DNA from: Patescibacteria group bacterium
GTDB taxonomy: Bacteria > Patescibacteriota > Microgenomatia > UBA1400 > PJMF01
NCBI GenBank assembly: GCA_041747555.1
Contig: JBGTEY010000013.1
Span: 16,814-80,813, forward strand
Reading direction: 5' to 3'
Length of the DNA: 64,000 nucleotides
Shown: one piece after another, positions 27,790 to 36,914 of the stretch
Layout of the letters: the number at the start of each line of letters is the position of its first letter
Numbering within the stretch: the stretch's first letter is position 1
Made by a program: the position numbers and the translations under genes
Notes under the pieces: generated by a model
The model's database searches: none
What the model was told of the DNA's origin: nothing
The model's input: only the letters and a program-made list of their open reading frames with translations

Positions 27790-29505
27790 ATGACTGCCAT
27801 GCGCTGGCAGATACAAACATCACACATTCCAAAAAATTTAGACGAGCTCAAAGAAATTTTACTTGCAAATCGAAACATTTCAGAGAGCGATGATTTTTTC
27901 TCGCCTCCTGATCCATTTACTATAACCGCCGAAGAAATTGGATGTAACAAGAAGCAACTCCAGAGCGCGCTGGACAGATTTTTTGTTGCGTTAGAAAAAA
28001 AGCAAGACATCGTGATTTTTGGGGATTATGACGCAGATGGAATTTGTGCTTCTGCAGTGTTATGGCATGTCCTCACTACTCTCAAGGCAACAGTGCGGCC
28101 GTTCATCCCACAGCGTGAGGTTCATGGATATGGCCTCAGCATTCCAGCACTAGAAGAAATAATCACCGAAAAAAAACCAGATCTTATCATCACTGTCGAC
28201 AACGGCATTGTGGCACACGAAGCAGTTGATTTTGCTCGTGAAAATAACGTCGATATCATCATCACCGACCACCATCAGCCAGAAGAAAAAGCAAAAAAAG
28301 AGCATTTACCAAAAGCCAACGCAGTTGTTCACACCACGGCACTCTGTGGAACAACCGTAGCCTGGATGTTTGCTCGTGAAATCATTGCCGCACATAAAAA
28401 AACAGGCCCCGCAGGTGTGCAAAAAAATGCTGAACGAATTCTAAAAGACACCCTCGATCTCTGCGGAATTGCCACCGTAGCCGACCAAGTGCCACTGCTC
28501 GGGTACAACAGGGGTTTCGCTACTGCAGGTATCGCAGCTTTACAAAAAAGCGCTCGCCCCGGCATTAGAGCCCTCTGTGCTCAAGCAAATATTGATCAAG
28601 CGGCAATCACCAGTGACTCAATCGGATTTGGAATTGCTCCCCGAATCAACGCCATGGGTAGGCTTGCACACGGACTTGACGCACTGCGATTGCTCTGTAC
28701 GGGAAACTTTACCAAAGCTACCGAATACGCGCAGGTGCTTGGCAACAAAAATGACCAGCGAAAAGACATGACTGCAGAAATGTTTGCCCACGCCATGCAA
28801 CAAGCTAAGTTGCAAGCGGAAGAGCATGTACTCATTGTTGGCTCTGCTGAATATCATGAAGGAATAATTGGATTGATAGCAGGGAGATTGAGCGAGCGGT
28901 TTTCTAAACCAGCAATCGTGGTAAGTTTTGGCAAAACAGTGGCTAAAGCATCGGCCCGGTCAGTCATTGGAGTGAATATTGTTGAGTTTATTCGAGAAGT
29001 ACAGGCTGATTTGCTTGCAGTTGGCGGGCATCCAATGGCTGCGGGGTTTGGGTTGGCGATGGATAATTTTGAGAAAGTTCAAAAAAAACTCTTTGAGCTT
29101 GGACGCGAAACAATTGGATCTGAGCTACTAACGCCTGGGCTAGAAATTGACTGTGAGATCCCGTGGCAGCTTGTCACAGAAAAACTAGTAACTTTGCAAG
29201 AAGCATTTGCACCATTTGGTTCAGCAAATCCGCGTCCCGTATTCATCCTCACGTGCGAAGTCCAATCCACCAAACGCATTGGCGCAGAAGGCAAGCATCT
29301 CAAATTATTTCTCGGTGAATCAGACGAAACTGGTATGACAAATTCTCTAGAAGCATTAGCCTGGAATAGAGGTGAGTGGGCAGAATCATTAGAGGAGGGA
29401 CAAAAGGTTCGGGTTGCGGTTAAAGTTGAGTTAAATACATGGCAAGGTCGGTCAAAAGTTCAGTTGGTTATCCGCGATATGCAGAATCCTGAAGAAGCAC
29501 CGTAA
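27790..29505 (+). CDS. recJ: Single-stranded-DNA-specific exonuclease RecJ (DHH family)
   Basis: IFGDYDADGICA, IITDHHQP and GGHPMAAG are DHH/DHHA1 motifs. Start set at MTAMRWQ. Confidence 0.85.
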   Translation: MTAMRWQIQTSHIPKNLDELKEILLANRNISESDDFFSPPDPFTITAEEIGCNKKQLQSALDRFFVALEKKQDIVIFGDYDADGICASAVLWHVLTTLKATVRPFIPQREVHGYGLSIPALEEIITEKKPDLIITVDNGIVAHEAVDFARENNVDIIITDHHQPEEKAKKEHLPKANAVVHTTALCGTTVAWMFAREIIAAHKKTGPAGVQKNAERILKDTLDLCGIATVADQVPLLGYNRGFATAGIAALQKSARPGIRALCAQANIDQAAITSDSIGFGIAPRINAMGRLAHGLDALRLLCTGNFTKATEYAQVLGNKNDQRKDMTAEMFAHAMQQAKLQAEEHVLIVGSAEYHEGIIGLIAGRLSERFSKPAIVVSFGKTVAKASARSVIGVNIVEFIREVQADLLAVGGHPMAAGFGLAMDNFEKVQKKLFELGRETIGSELLTPGLEIDCEIPWQLVTEKLVTLQEAFAPFGSANPRPVFILTCEVQSTKRIGAEGKHLKLFLGESDETGMTNSLEALAWNRGEWAESLEEGQKVRVAVKVELNTWQGRSKVQLVIRDMQNPEEAP

Positions 29506-29750
29506 GTCTGATGTCAGAGTTTTAGCCGATATAACTGTCACTATTCACCAATAATCTATGCAGTATAATGAATGACACAAAGACCTTGAGTCTACTGACA
29601 ATAGACGAGATTTGTTTCAATGCTAATCAGGTCGCATAGGGTTGCAACTATGTCGGGTAAGCCCGTAATCGCTGGAATTAAGCAGGTTAGGCAGTGATAT
29701 ATTTCATTGTTTTATCCAAAAGAGGTGGCACCGTTCTTTATTTTTGAGAG

Positions 29751-29795
29751 CCCTCTTGAGCACGTCAATTGTATGGCGTATTCAAGAGGGTTTTT
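29751..29795 (+). terminator. Intrinsic terminator: 9-bp stem CCCTCTTGA/TCAAGAGGG, 22-nt loop, T5 tail
   Basis: Perfect inverted repeat followed by TTTTT, 245 nt downstream of the recJ stop. Confidence 0.6.
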
Positions 29796-29880
29796 CACGT
29801 GGAAATTCATTGAGTACAAAATGACGTCAAGTAATTATTTATAATGTTTCACGTGGAAAGTATATTTCCACGCGTGGAAA
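29791..29880 (+). promoter_or_regulatory. aspS promoter region with three copies of palindromic box TTTC(C)ACG(C)GTGGAAA, a -10 TATAAT at 29840-29845 and a TGACGTCA palindrome
   Basis: Boxes at 29791-29808, 29847-29860 and 29865-29880 (perfect 16-nt palindrome TTTCCACGCGTGGAAA). Boxes 2 and 3 lie between the -10 and the aspS start. Confidence 0.45.
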
Positions 29881-29897
29881 TAAATTTGAAAGGGAAC

Positions 29898-31346
29898 ATG
29901 TCATCAAAAAAGTCACAAGAAGAAACGCCAACAACACAGTTGGAGCGAACAGTAATGATTAGTACACCAGATGCAGTTGGAGCTCGCGTCCGACTCTGCG
30001 GCTGGGTTGAGACAAAGAGAGACCACGGCAAATTGACCTTTATCGATTTTCGCGACCGCACAGGTAGTGTGCAGTGCGTTGGATATCAAAAACTTGGCGA
30101 GGTCAGTGAGCAGTCGGTCTTAGAAATAATTGGTATGGTTAAGGCTCGACCAGAGCGAATGATCAACAAAGACATTCCAACTGGCAGCGTGGAAGTCGAT
30201 GTGGAATCCTACACAGTTCTTAACAAAAGTAAAGAACTTCCAATCCCTGTTGAGGGGCCTGGCTACGAAATTAAAGAAGAGTTGCGGCTTCAGTATCGCT
30301 ATCTTGACCTGAGAAGAAAACGTCTCAGAGACAATATCAAACTTCGTTCAGATTTGGCATTTCAAATGAGACAAAACCTTCACACAGAGGGCTTTACAGA
30401 AGTTGAGACACCGATGCTTACCAAATCCACCAAAGAAGGTTCTCGCGATTTTGTAGTTCCATCACGCCTTCAGCCAGGAAAATTTTATGCGCTTCCCCAG
30501 AGCCCACAACAGTACAAACAGCTGCTTATGACTGCGGGTGTAGAGCGCTACTTCCAGTTTGCACGCTGCATTCGTGATGAAGACTTGAGAGCAGATCGCG
30601 GGTTTGAACACACACAGGTTGACTTGGAAATGAGCTTTGTGACGCAACAGGAGGTAATGGACACCGTTGAGAAAATGGTAACGACTACCATGATTGATAT
30701 TGGTTGCACGCTCAAGGACACGCCATTCCCTGTATATCAGTACGATGATGCAATTAAGCAATTTGGACAAGACAAATTTGATATTCGATCAGAAGAAGAA
30801 AAAAAAGCTGGCGTTTTGGCATTTGCATGGGTTGTTGGATTTCCTTTCTTCAAGCAAGTCGACAAGACTGACATTGCAGAAGTACGAGACGGCAAGAGTG
30901 GATGGACATTTACACATAATCCATTTAGTTCACCCCTTCCTGAAAACGAATCTGATCATGTCGCAGCAAAGAACATAGAAAACATTGTGACCGCACAGTA
31001 CGACCTTGTATGCAACGGCTATGAAGTTGGCGGCGGAAGTATTAGAGCACATAAACCTGAGGTATTGCGCGCAACATTCAAAATAATGGGGTACTCAGAT
31101 GAAGAAATAGAAGCGAGTATCGGGCATATGCTTCAAGCATTTGAGGTCGGTACTCCACCGCATGGCGGAATTGCTCTAGGACTCGATCGTTTGGCAATGC
31201 TTGCGGCAGGCGAAACTTCACTTAGGGAAGTAATCCCGTTCCCGATGACCTCAAGTGGTAGAACTGCTGTCATGGATGCACCCAGTCCTCTAGCAAAAGA
31301 ACAGCTCGAAGAGCTCCAGTTGTCAGTGGTGGCTAAAGATGAGTAG
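29898..31346 (+). CDS. aspS: Aspartyl-tRNA synthetase, short form lacking the large GAD insertion
   Basis: OB-fold N-terminus. LPQSPQQYKQLLM (QSPQ motif), FRDEDLRADR, and GGGSIRAH motif 3. ATG at 29898 is preceded by AAAGGGAA. Confidence 0.85.
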   Translation: MSSKKSQEETPTTQLERTVMISTPDAVGARVRLCGWVETKRDHGKLTFIDFRDRTGSVQCVGYQKLGEVSEQSVLEIIGMVKARPERMINKDIPTGSVEVDVESYTVLNKSKELPIPVEGPGYEIKEELRLQYRYLDLRRKRLRDNIKLRSDLAFQMRQNLHTEGFTEVETPMLTKSTKEGSRDFVVPSRLQPGKFYALPQSPQQYKQLLMTAGVERYFQFARCIRDEDLRADRGFEHTQVDLEMSFVTQQEVMDTVEKMVTTTMIDIGCTLKDTPFPVYQYDDAIKQFGQDKFDIRSEEEKKAGVLAFAWVVGFPFFKQVDKTDIAEVRDGKSGWTFTHNPFSSPLPENESDHVAAKNIENIVTAQYDLVCNGYEVGGGSIRAHKPEVLRATFKIMGYSDEEIEASIGHMLQAFEVGTPPHGGIALGLDRLAMLAAGETSLREVIPFPMTSSGRTAVMDAPSPLAKEQLEELQLSVVAKDE

Positions 31347-31355
31347 AATACACGT

Positions 31356-32441
31356 ATGATTGCAGATACCCGTATTTATTTGACGGTTGGGTTGCCAGTG
31401 TTGGCTGTTTTGGGCGTGGCATTGAGTCTTGGATCGTATACGCCTCTTTCTACTGCAGCCAAACCGCAAACTATTACTGTGCATCAAGCTGCGTTGGGTC
31501 CAATGCCTATTTCTAGAGCACAGTATCAGTTGTTACTTGATGAGGAAAAAGTATCACAAACTGCGTTCGCACCACTTCTTGCGCAGACATTTACAAGTTC
31601 TAATGATGACGATATTTCTGAACTATCAGATTCAGGATCAACGACAGACCAATCGCTTCTTGGCGCTCCCTTAGAGAACCAGCCATCGTTGTCTGCTCAA
31701 GCAGCTCTCGTTCTTGATGAACGTTCGGGTTCGGTGTTGTTTGAGCACAATAGCGCTGCACGGCTGGCTCCGGCTTCGACGACAAAGTTGCTTACAGCTC
31801 TGGTAGCGCTCGATACGTTTCAGTTGTCGGACACGCTAACGGTTAGTAATCTGCAGGGTTTAGATGGCGCGCGGATTGGGTTTTTTGTTGGAGAAGCATT
31901 GACGCTTGATCAACTGTTGTATGCACTGTTGATTCAATCTGGCAATGACGCGGCTCTAGTAATTTCTCGCTCGCACCCCGAAGGAGAGCAAGGTTTTGTA
32001 GCTGATATGAATGAAAAGGCAGTAGCTCTTGGCTTAACTTCCACGCACGTGACCAATGCCATGGGTTTTGATCATCCTGATCATTACTCAACTGCGCGCG
32101 ATTTAGGAATTCTTGCACGCGAGGTAATGAAAGTGCCGCTACTTAGATCAATTGTTGCGCAACCAGAAACTATAATTACAGATGTGACGGGGCAGTTTTC
32201 ACACCGCATTTCTTCAACAAATGTACTACTCAGCGATGCAGCAATCATTGGCATCAAAACTGGCACAACAGACGAAGCGGGCCAGGTACTTATTACGCAG
32301 CGTGAAGAAAATGGCCGATCACTTTTGATGGTCATCATGGGGAGTGAAGATCGATATGCAGATACAACACGACTTCAGCAATGGATCGATCAGGAAATTA
32401 TTTGGATCACTCCAGATGAACTGCTTGCATTGACTCGATAA
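31356..32441 (+). CDS. dacA: D-alanyl-D-alanine carboxypeptidase (S11, PBP5/6-like)
   Basis: SxxK (ASTTK), SGN (QSGNDAA) and KTG (KTGTT) motifs at the expected spacing. N-terminal signal/anchor. Confidence 0.75.
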   Translation: MIADTRIYLTVGLPVLAVLGVALSLGSYTPLSTAAKPQTITVHQAALGPMPISRAQYQLLLDEEKVSQTAFAPLLAQTFTSSNDDDISELSDSGSTTDQSLLGAPLENQPSLSAQAALVLDERSGSVLFEHNSAARLAPASTTKLLTALVALDTFQLSDTLTVSNLQGLDGARIGFFVGEALTLDQLLYALLIQSGNDAALVISRSHPEGEQGFVADMNEKAVALGLTSTHVTNAMGFDHPDHYSTARDLGILAREVMKVPLLRSIVAQPETIITDVTGQFSHRISSTNVLLSDAAIIGIKTGTTDEAGQVLITQREENGRSLLMVIMGSEDRYADTTRLQQWIDQEIIWITPDELLALTR

Positions 32442-32496
32442 CAAAGGAATAGCATCACTCTACTGAGAGTGATATACTCAGGAAATCAAACTACAT

Positions 32497-33813
32497 ATGA
32501 ACATAACAATAATTGGAACTGGTTTTGTGGGCGTTGTATCGGCGGCAGTGTATTCTTCATTTGGCAATACAGTCGTCGGGCTGGACGTTGATGAAAAGAA
32601 AATTGAGAGCTTGAGGCAGTCTAAAGTTCCTTTTTTTGAACCACAACTTGAGGAATTACTTGCTGAACAACAAAGCGCTGGCACTTTATCGTTCACTACA
32701 GAGTATGAAACCGCCATCCCAAACGCTGACGTTATCATCATTGCAGTGGGAACACCTTCTGATGAAAATGGAAACGCAAATTTAACCTATGTGTTTTCTG
32801 CTGTCGAAAGTGCGGCAAAATACCTCAAGGAAAACGCAATTCTAGTGGTTAAATCAACCGTTCCACCTGGCACGCTTATAAAAGTAAAAGATCTTGCGGC
32901 TGCGCAAACAGATGTGACGATTCATTTGGCATCCCTACCAGAGTTTTTACGTGAGGGAAGCGCAGTCCACGACACTCTGCATCCAGACAGGGTTGTAATC
33001 GGTGCTGAAAATGACTTTGTTTTCGAAAAATTAGAAGAGCTTCACAAACCGCTCAAAGCCCCCGTACTCAAAATGTCCCCAGAATCTGCTCAAATGACAA
33101 AGTATGCTGCAAACGCTTACTTGGCGACTCGAATCGCGTTTATCAATCAAATTGCCGACATCTGTGAAACCAACGGTGCTGATATCCAGGAAGTGATAAC
33201 TGGAATTGGATATGATGCTCGCATCGGTGACCATTACTGGTATCCAGGACTTGGCTATGGCGGGTCTTGCTTTCCCAAGGACGTGCGTGAGATTGCACTC
33301 TATTCGAAATCGGTAGGCATGGATGACAATTTATTTGCCAAAATTCATCAACTCAATGTATTTAGAATTTCCGAACGACTCAATCGATATGAGAAATTAG
33401 TAGGTGGTTGGAATGGAAAAACAGTTGCAGTTCTTGGATTATCCTTTAAACCAAACACTGACGACTTGAGGGAAGCGCCAAGTCTTTCGGTCATACCAAG
33501 CTTACTCGAATCAGGTGCTGTTGTACGCGGATTTGATCCTGCAGCACAGTACGTGCTCCCAGAAAGTAATCCAAATGCAGAGCAGTATGATCAAGTTGCC
33601 ACGCTCAATGAGGCAGTTGCTGGCGCAGATGTTGTAATGGTTCTCATCGAGTGGCCGGAGATTTTAAAATTTGACTACAGCACTGCTCGAGATACAAAGA
33701 AGACACAATGGTTTATTGATACTAGAAACCAGATGAATCCTGAGAATTTGAAAAAACAAGGCTTTAACTATCTTGCTACTGGCCGTCCTGAAACAGAAGA
33801 AGGAGCTCAATGA
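32497..33813 (+). CDS. ugd: UDP-glucose 6-dehydrogenase (nucleotide-sugar dehydrogenase family)
   Basis: N-terminal IIGTGFVGVVSAAV Rossmann fold and GGSCFPKD catalytic Cys motif. Confidence 0.8.
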   Translation: MNITIIGTGFVGVVSAAVYSSFGNTVVGLDVDEKKIESLRQSKVPFFEPQLEELLAEQQSAGTLSFTTEYETAIPNADVIIIAVGTPSDENGNANLTYVFSAVESAAKYLKENAILVVKSTVPPGTLIKVKDLAAAQTDVTIHLASLPEFLREGSAVHDTLHPDRVVIGAENDFVFEKLEELHKPLKAPVLKMSPESAQMTKYAANAYLATRIAFINQIADICETNGADIQEVITGIGYDARIGDHYWYPGLGYGGSCFPKDVREIALYSKSVGMDDNLFAKIHQLNVFRISERLNRYEKLVGGWNGKTVAVLGLSFKPNTDDLREAPSLSVIPSLLESGAVVRGFDPAAQYVLPESNPNAEQYDQVATLNEAVAGADVVMVLIEWPEILKFDYSTARDTKKTQWFIDTRNQMNPENLKKQGFNYLATGRPETEEGAQ

Positions 33814-34775
33814 GCGAGGACTCTAAACCAATTTTGATTACTGGTGGAACCGGCTTTGTCGGTGCACATCTAGTACAGTTTCTGAAAGACGCTGGCGAAC
33901 AAAACATCCACGTCACTACATTTGGTGGAGTTCCCGAGTCTTTGAGAGAAACACTCGAAGGTGTGCAAGTCCACGCGGTGGATTTGACAGACCAAACTGC
34001 CACAGCGCAACTATTCGAAACAATTGCTCCTAAACAAATATATCATTTGGCAGCATTTTCATCGGTTGCGGATAGTTTGGGTAATGTCCAGAAAACCCTT
34101 GAAAATAATATTAATCTTCAAGTCTCTGTACTCGAGGCAATTCGTGAAAAAGCACCTGATGCTCGAGTACTGATTGTTGGGTCTGCAGAAGAGTATGGTT
34201 TGAGTAAGCCTGGCGAAGTTCCAATATCCGAAGACCATCCACTCAGGCCAGCTAATCCATACGCTGTTTCTAAAGTTACGCAAGATTTGTTGGCGTACTC
34301 CTATCAAGTCAGTTATGGTCTCTCAATCCTTCGAGTGCGTCCATTTAATCATACTGGTGCTGGTCAACACCCGAACTTTGCAATTCCAAGTTGGGCGCAA
34401 CAAATTGTTGCAATAGAGCGCGGTGCTGAGCCTGTGCTTCGTGTTGGTAATTTAGAAGCGATTCGCGATATTTCACACGTACAAGATGTAGTTAACGCAT
34501 ATTCAATAATCATGGAAAAAGGCACTGTGGGCGAAGTTTATAATGTCGGTACGGGCACTGGGGTAAGTATGAAGCAGGTAGTGGATGCGCTTATAGCAGC
34601 ATCTATCAAAGAAATAGCAGTCGTCGTTGATCAAGAACGCTTACGCCCACTTGATATTCCAGAGATGATAGCCAATAATGAAAAGGTACGAGGACTCGGT
34701 TGGGAACCAACTCACTCTCTAGCAGATATCGTGAACGAAGTATTAGAGTGGTATAGAACGCAGGAGGACGAATGA
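33810..34775 (+). CDS. rmd: GDP-4-keto-6-deoxy-D-mannose reductase-like SDR (Rmd-like; GDP-D-rhamnose forming)
   Basis: [31 protein letters not shown] and VYNVGTG align with Pseudomonas Rmd blocks. Coupled to gmd. Confidence 0.6.
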   Translation: MSEDSKPILITGGTGFVGAHLVQFLKDAGEQNIHVTTFGGVPESLRETLEGVQVHAVDLTDQTATAQLFETIAPKQIYHLAAFSSVADSLGNVQKTLENNINLQVSVLEAIREKAPDARVLIVGSAEEYGLSKPGEVPISEDHPLRPANPYAVSKVTQDLLAYSYQVSYGLSILRVRPFNHTGAGQHPNFAIPSWAQQIVAIERGAEPVLRVGNLEAIRDISHVQDVVNAYSIIMEKGTVGEVYNVGTGTGVSMKQVVDALIAASIKEIAVVVDQERLRPLDIPEMIANNEKVRGLGWEPTHSLADIVNEVLEWYRTQEDE

Positions 34776-35749
34776 AAAAAGCATTTATAACTGGCATTAC
34801 TGGCCAAGATGGATCGTATTTAGCTGAGTTTTTACTCGAGGAGGGGTACAAGGTCTATGGATTGACCAGAAGAACCAGCACTCAAAATTTTGCTCGAATC
34901 AATCATATTATTCACGATCCCAATCTCGAATTAATATCTGGCGATTTAATTGATCAACATTCCTTGACCTACGCTATCAAAGATATTCAACCTGATGAAG
35001 TTTACAATTTAGCTGCGCAGTCATTTGTACAAGCATCCTGGGAACAACCAGTTTTAACAGGAGAATTTACGGCAATTGGCGTCACGCGCGTACTCGAGGC
35101 AATACGCCTGGCATGCCCATCGGCAAAATTTTATCAAGCAAGCTCAAGTGAAATGTTTGGCAGAGTTCAGGAAGTTCCTCAGAATGAGGATACTCCGTTT
35201 TATCCTCGATCACCCTATGGCGTTGCCAAGGTGTATGGTCACTGGATCACCGTCAATTATCGTGAATCATTCGATATGTTTGCAGTATCAGGGATTTTAT
35301 TTAATCACGAATCACCCCGAAGAGGTCTAGAATTCGTTACCAGAAAAATTGCAAATGCGGTTGCCCGCATTAAACTTGGTAAGCAAGAATTCGTTGAACT
35401 CGGGAATTTAGAGGCAAAACGCGATTGGGGATATGCCAAAGATTATGTGAGAGCGATGTGGCTGATGCTACAACAAGAAGAGCCGCAGGATTATGTCATT
35501 GCAACGGGCGAAACACACTCTGTTAAAGAATTTCTACAATTAGCGTGTAAATCAGCTGGACTCGAGGATTGGGAAGCCGTGTATAAACACAACAAGCAGT
35601 TTGACCGACCTGCAGAGGTGGATTTATTGATAGGCGATCCTTCACAAGCCCAAGCACAATTGGGTTGGGAGCCAACTATTTCATTTGAAGAGCTGGTTGA
35701 TCTCATGGTGCAGGCAGAACTGGAACTCGAATCAAAAACAGAACTATAA
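34772..35749 (+). CDS. gmd: GDP-mannose 4,6-dehydratase
   Basis: [30 protein letters not shown] is a near-invariant Gmd N-terminus. Confidence 0.9.
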   Translation: MKKAFITGITGQDGSYLAEFLLEEGYKVYGLTRRTSTQNFARINHIIHDPNLELISGDLIDQHSLTYAIKDIQPDEVYNLAAQSFVQASWEQPVLTGEFTAIGVTRVLEAIRLACPSAKFYQASSSEMFGRVQEVPQNEDTPFYPRSPYGVAKVYGHWITVNYRESFDMFAVSGILFNHESPRRGLEFVTRKIANAVARIKLGKQEFVELGNLEAKRDWGYAKDYVRAMWLMLQQEEPQDYVIATGETHSVKEFLQLACKSAGLEDWEAVYKHNKQFDRPAEVDLLIGDPSQAQAQLGWEPTISFEELVDLMVQAELELESKTEL

Positions 35750-35752
35750 AGT

Positions 35753-36910
35753 ATGAAACACGCCGTTGTCATCATTCCAACTTATAACGAGCGAGAGAAC
35801 ATTCAGGTAGTTATTCCTGCCCTTCATGACGTTTTTTCAGGCATTTCCAGCTGGAAGATGTCTATATTGGTCGTAGATGATACTTCACCTGATAAAACCT
35901 ATGAGGTGGTGGAAGAACTTTCCAAGAAATACCCCTTCGTTCACCTACTAAAAAATAAGCAAAAGTCAGGTCTTGGTGGCGCGTATCTCAAAGGTATGGC
36001 AGAAGCCTTCGGAGCTCTTGATGCAGACGTTATCTTCGAGTTTGACGCCGATCTCTCACACGACCCAACCAAGATCCCTCAATTTTTAGCAGCTGTTGAT
36101 GCTGGGGCTGATATGGTGCTTGGATCTCGTTATATTCCTGGTGGTAGTATCCCAAAAAATTGGGGGCTCCATCGCAAATTCTTTAGTGTGGTAGGTAATA
36201 TAGTTATCGCACTTGTTTTGACCAACTTCTCAATTAGAGATTGGACTACAGGATTCCGCGCGATCACTAAAAAAGTCTATGACGCAGTGCATCCATCACT
36301 CCATACGGAACAATTTTCTGGGTATACGTTTCAAATTGGTTTTCTCCACGCCGCAGTCAAAAATAAATTTAATATAACAGAGGTGCCATTTCATTTTGCA
36401 GATCGAACCATTGGGCATTCTAAGTTGGGCCCTGAATACATCAAAAATACACTCCTCTACATTATTAGAGTCAGATTGCAGGATGTGTACGCGAGTAGAG
36501 TATTTAAGTTTGCAGTGGTGGGTGGTGTTGGTGCGCTTATTCAACTTTCAAGCTTGCAGCTGTGGAGACTCATCGTGCCATTCCAACTTGCATTTTTTCT
36601 TTCCATAGAAACAGCTATTATTTCTAACTTTATTCTCAATAATACATGGACATTTTCTGATCATCAGTTAGCACTAGCTGATTTTCCTAAGAAGTTTTTG
36701 CAATTTAACTTTACCTCTGGAGGGTCAATCATTATTCAACAATTGGTGGCTATCTTTGGCGAGTTGTTTGTGGGTCTCATCACCTTATTTACCATTCCAT
36801 TTCTCAATTTTCCGTTTGATACTGGCACGCTCTATGCAATTATTGGGATTTTACTTGGCATGACCTGGAATTTCTTTGCTTACACCAAATTTATTTGGAA
36901 GACTGCCTAG
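35753..36910 (+). CDS. Polyprenol-phosphate sugar synthase (GtrB/Dpm1-like GT2) fused to a C-terminal GtrA-like 4-TM domain
   Basis: VVIIPTYNERENI...VVDDTSPDKT GT2 motifs, then 4 C-terminal TM helices typical of GtrA-family proteins. Confidence 0.75.
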   Translation: MKHAVVIIPTYNERENIQVVIPALHDVFSGISSWKMSILVVDDTSPDKTYEVVEELSKKYPFVHLLKNKQKSGLGGAYLKGMAEAFGALDADVIFEFDADLSHDPTKIPQFLAAVDAGADMVLGSRYIPGGSIPKNWGLHRKFFSVVGNIVIALVLTNFSIRDWTTGFRAITKKVYDAVHPSLHTEQFSGYTFQIGFLHAAVKNKFNITEVPFHFADRTIGHSKLGPEYIKNTLLYIIRVRLQDVYASRVFKFAVVGGVGALIQLSSLQLWRLIVPFQLAFFLSIETAIISNFILNNTWTFSDHQLALADFPKKFLQFNFTSGGSIIIQQLVAIFGELFVGLITLFTIPFLNFPFDTGTLYAIIGILLGMTWNFFAYTKFIWKTA

Positions 36911-36914
36911 TATC

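Noticed and set aside
29600-29700. Possible SRP RNA or RNase P RNA fragment in the recJ-aspS gap (TCAGGTCGCATAGGG..GGAA..AGCAGG resembles SRP domain IV and the RNase P CCAUAGGGCA element)
   Set aside because: The spacing does not form the compact GGAA-tetraloop hairpin of 4.5S RNA. For RNase P, no partner for the P4 pseudoknot (ACAGA-CCGG) was found, and the gap is too short for a full RNase P RNA. Kept only as a generic sRNA candidate.
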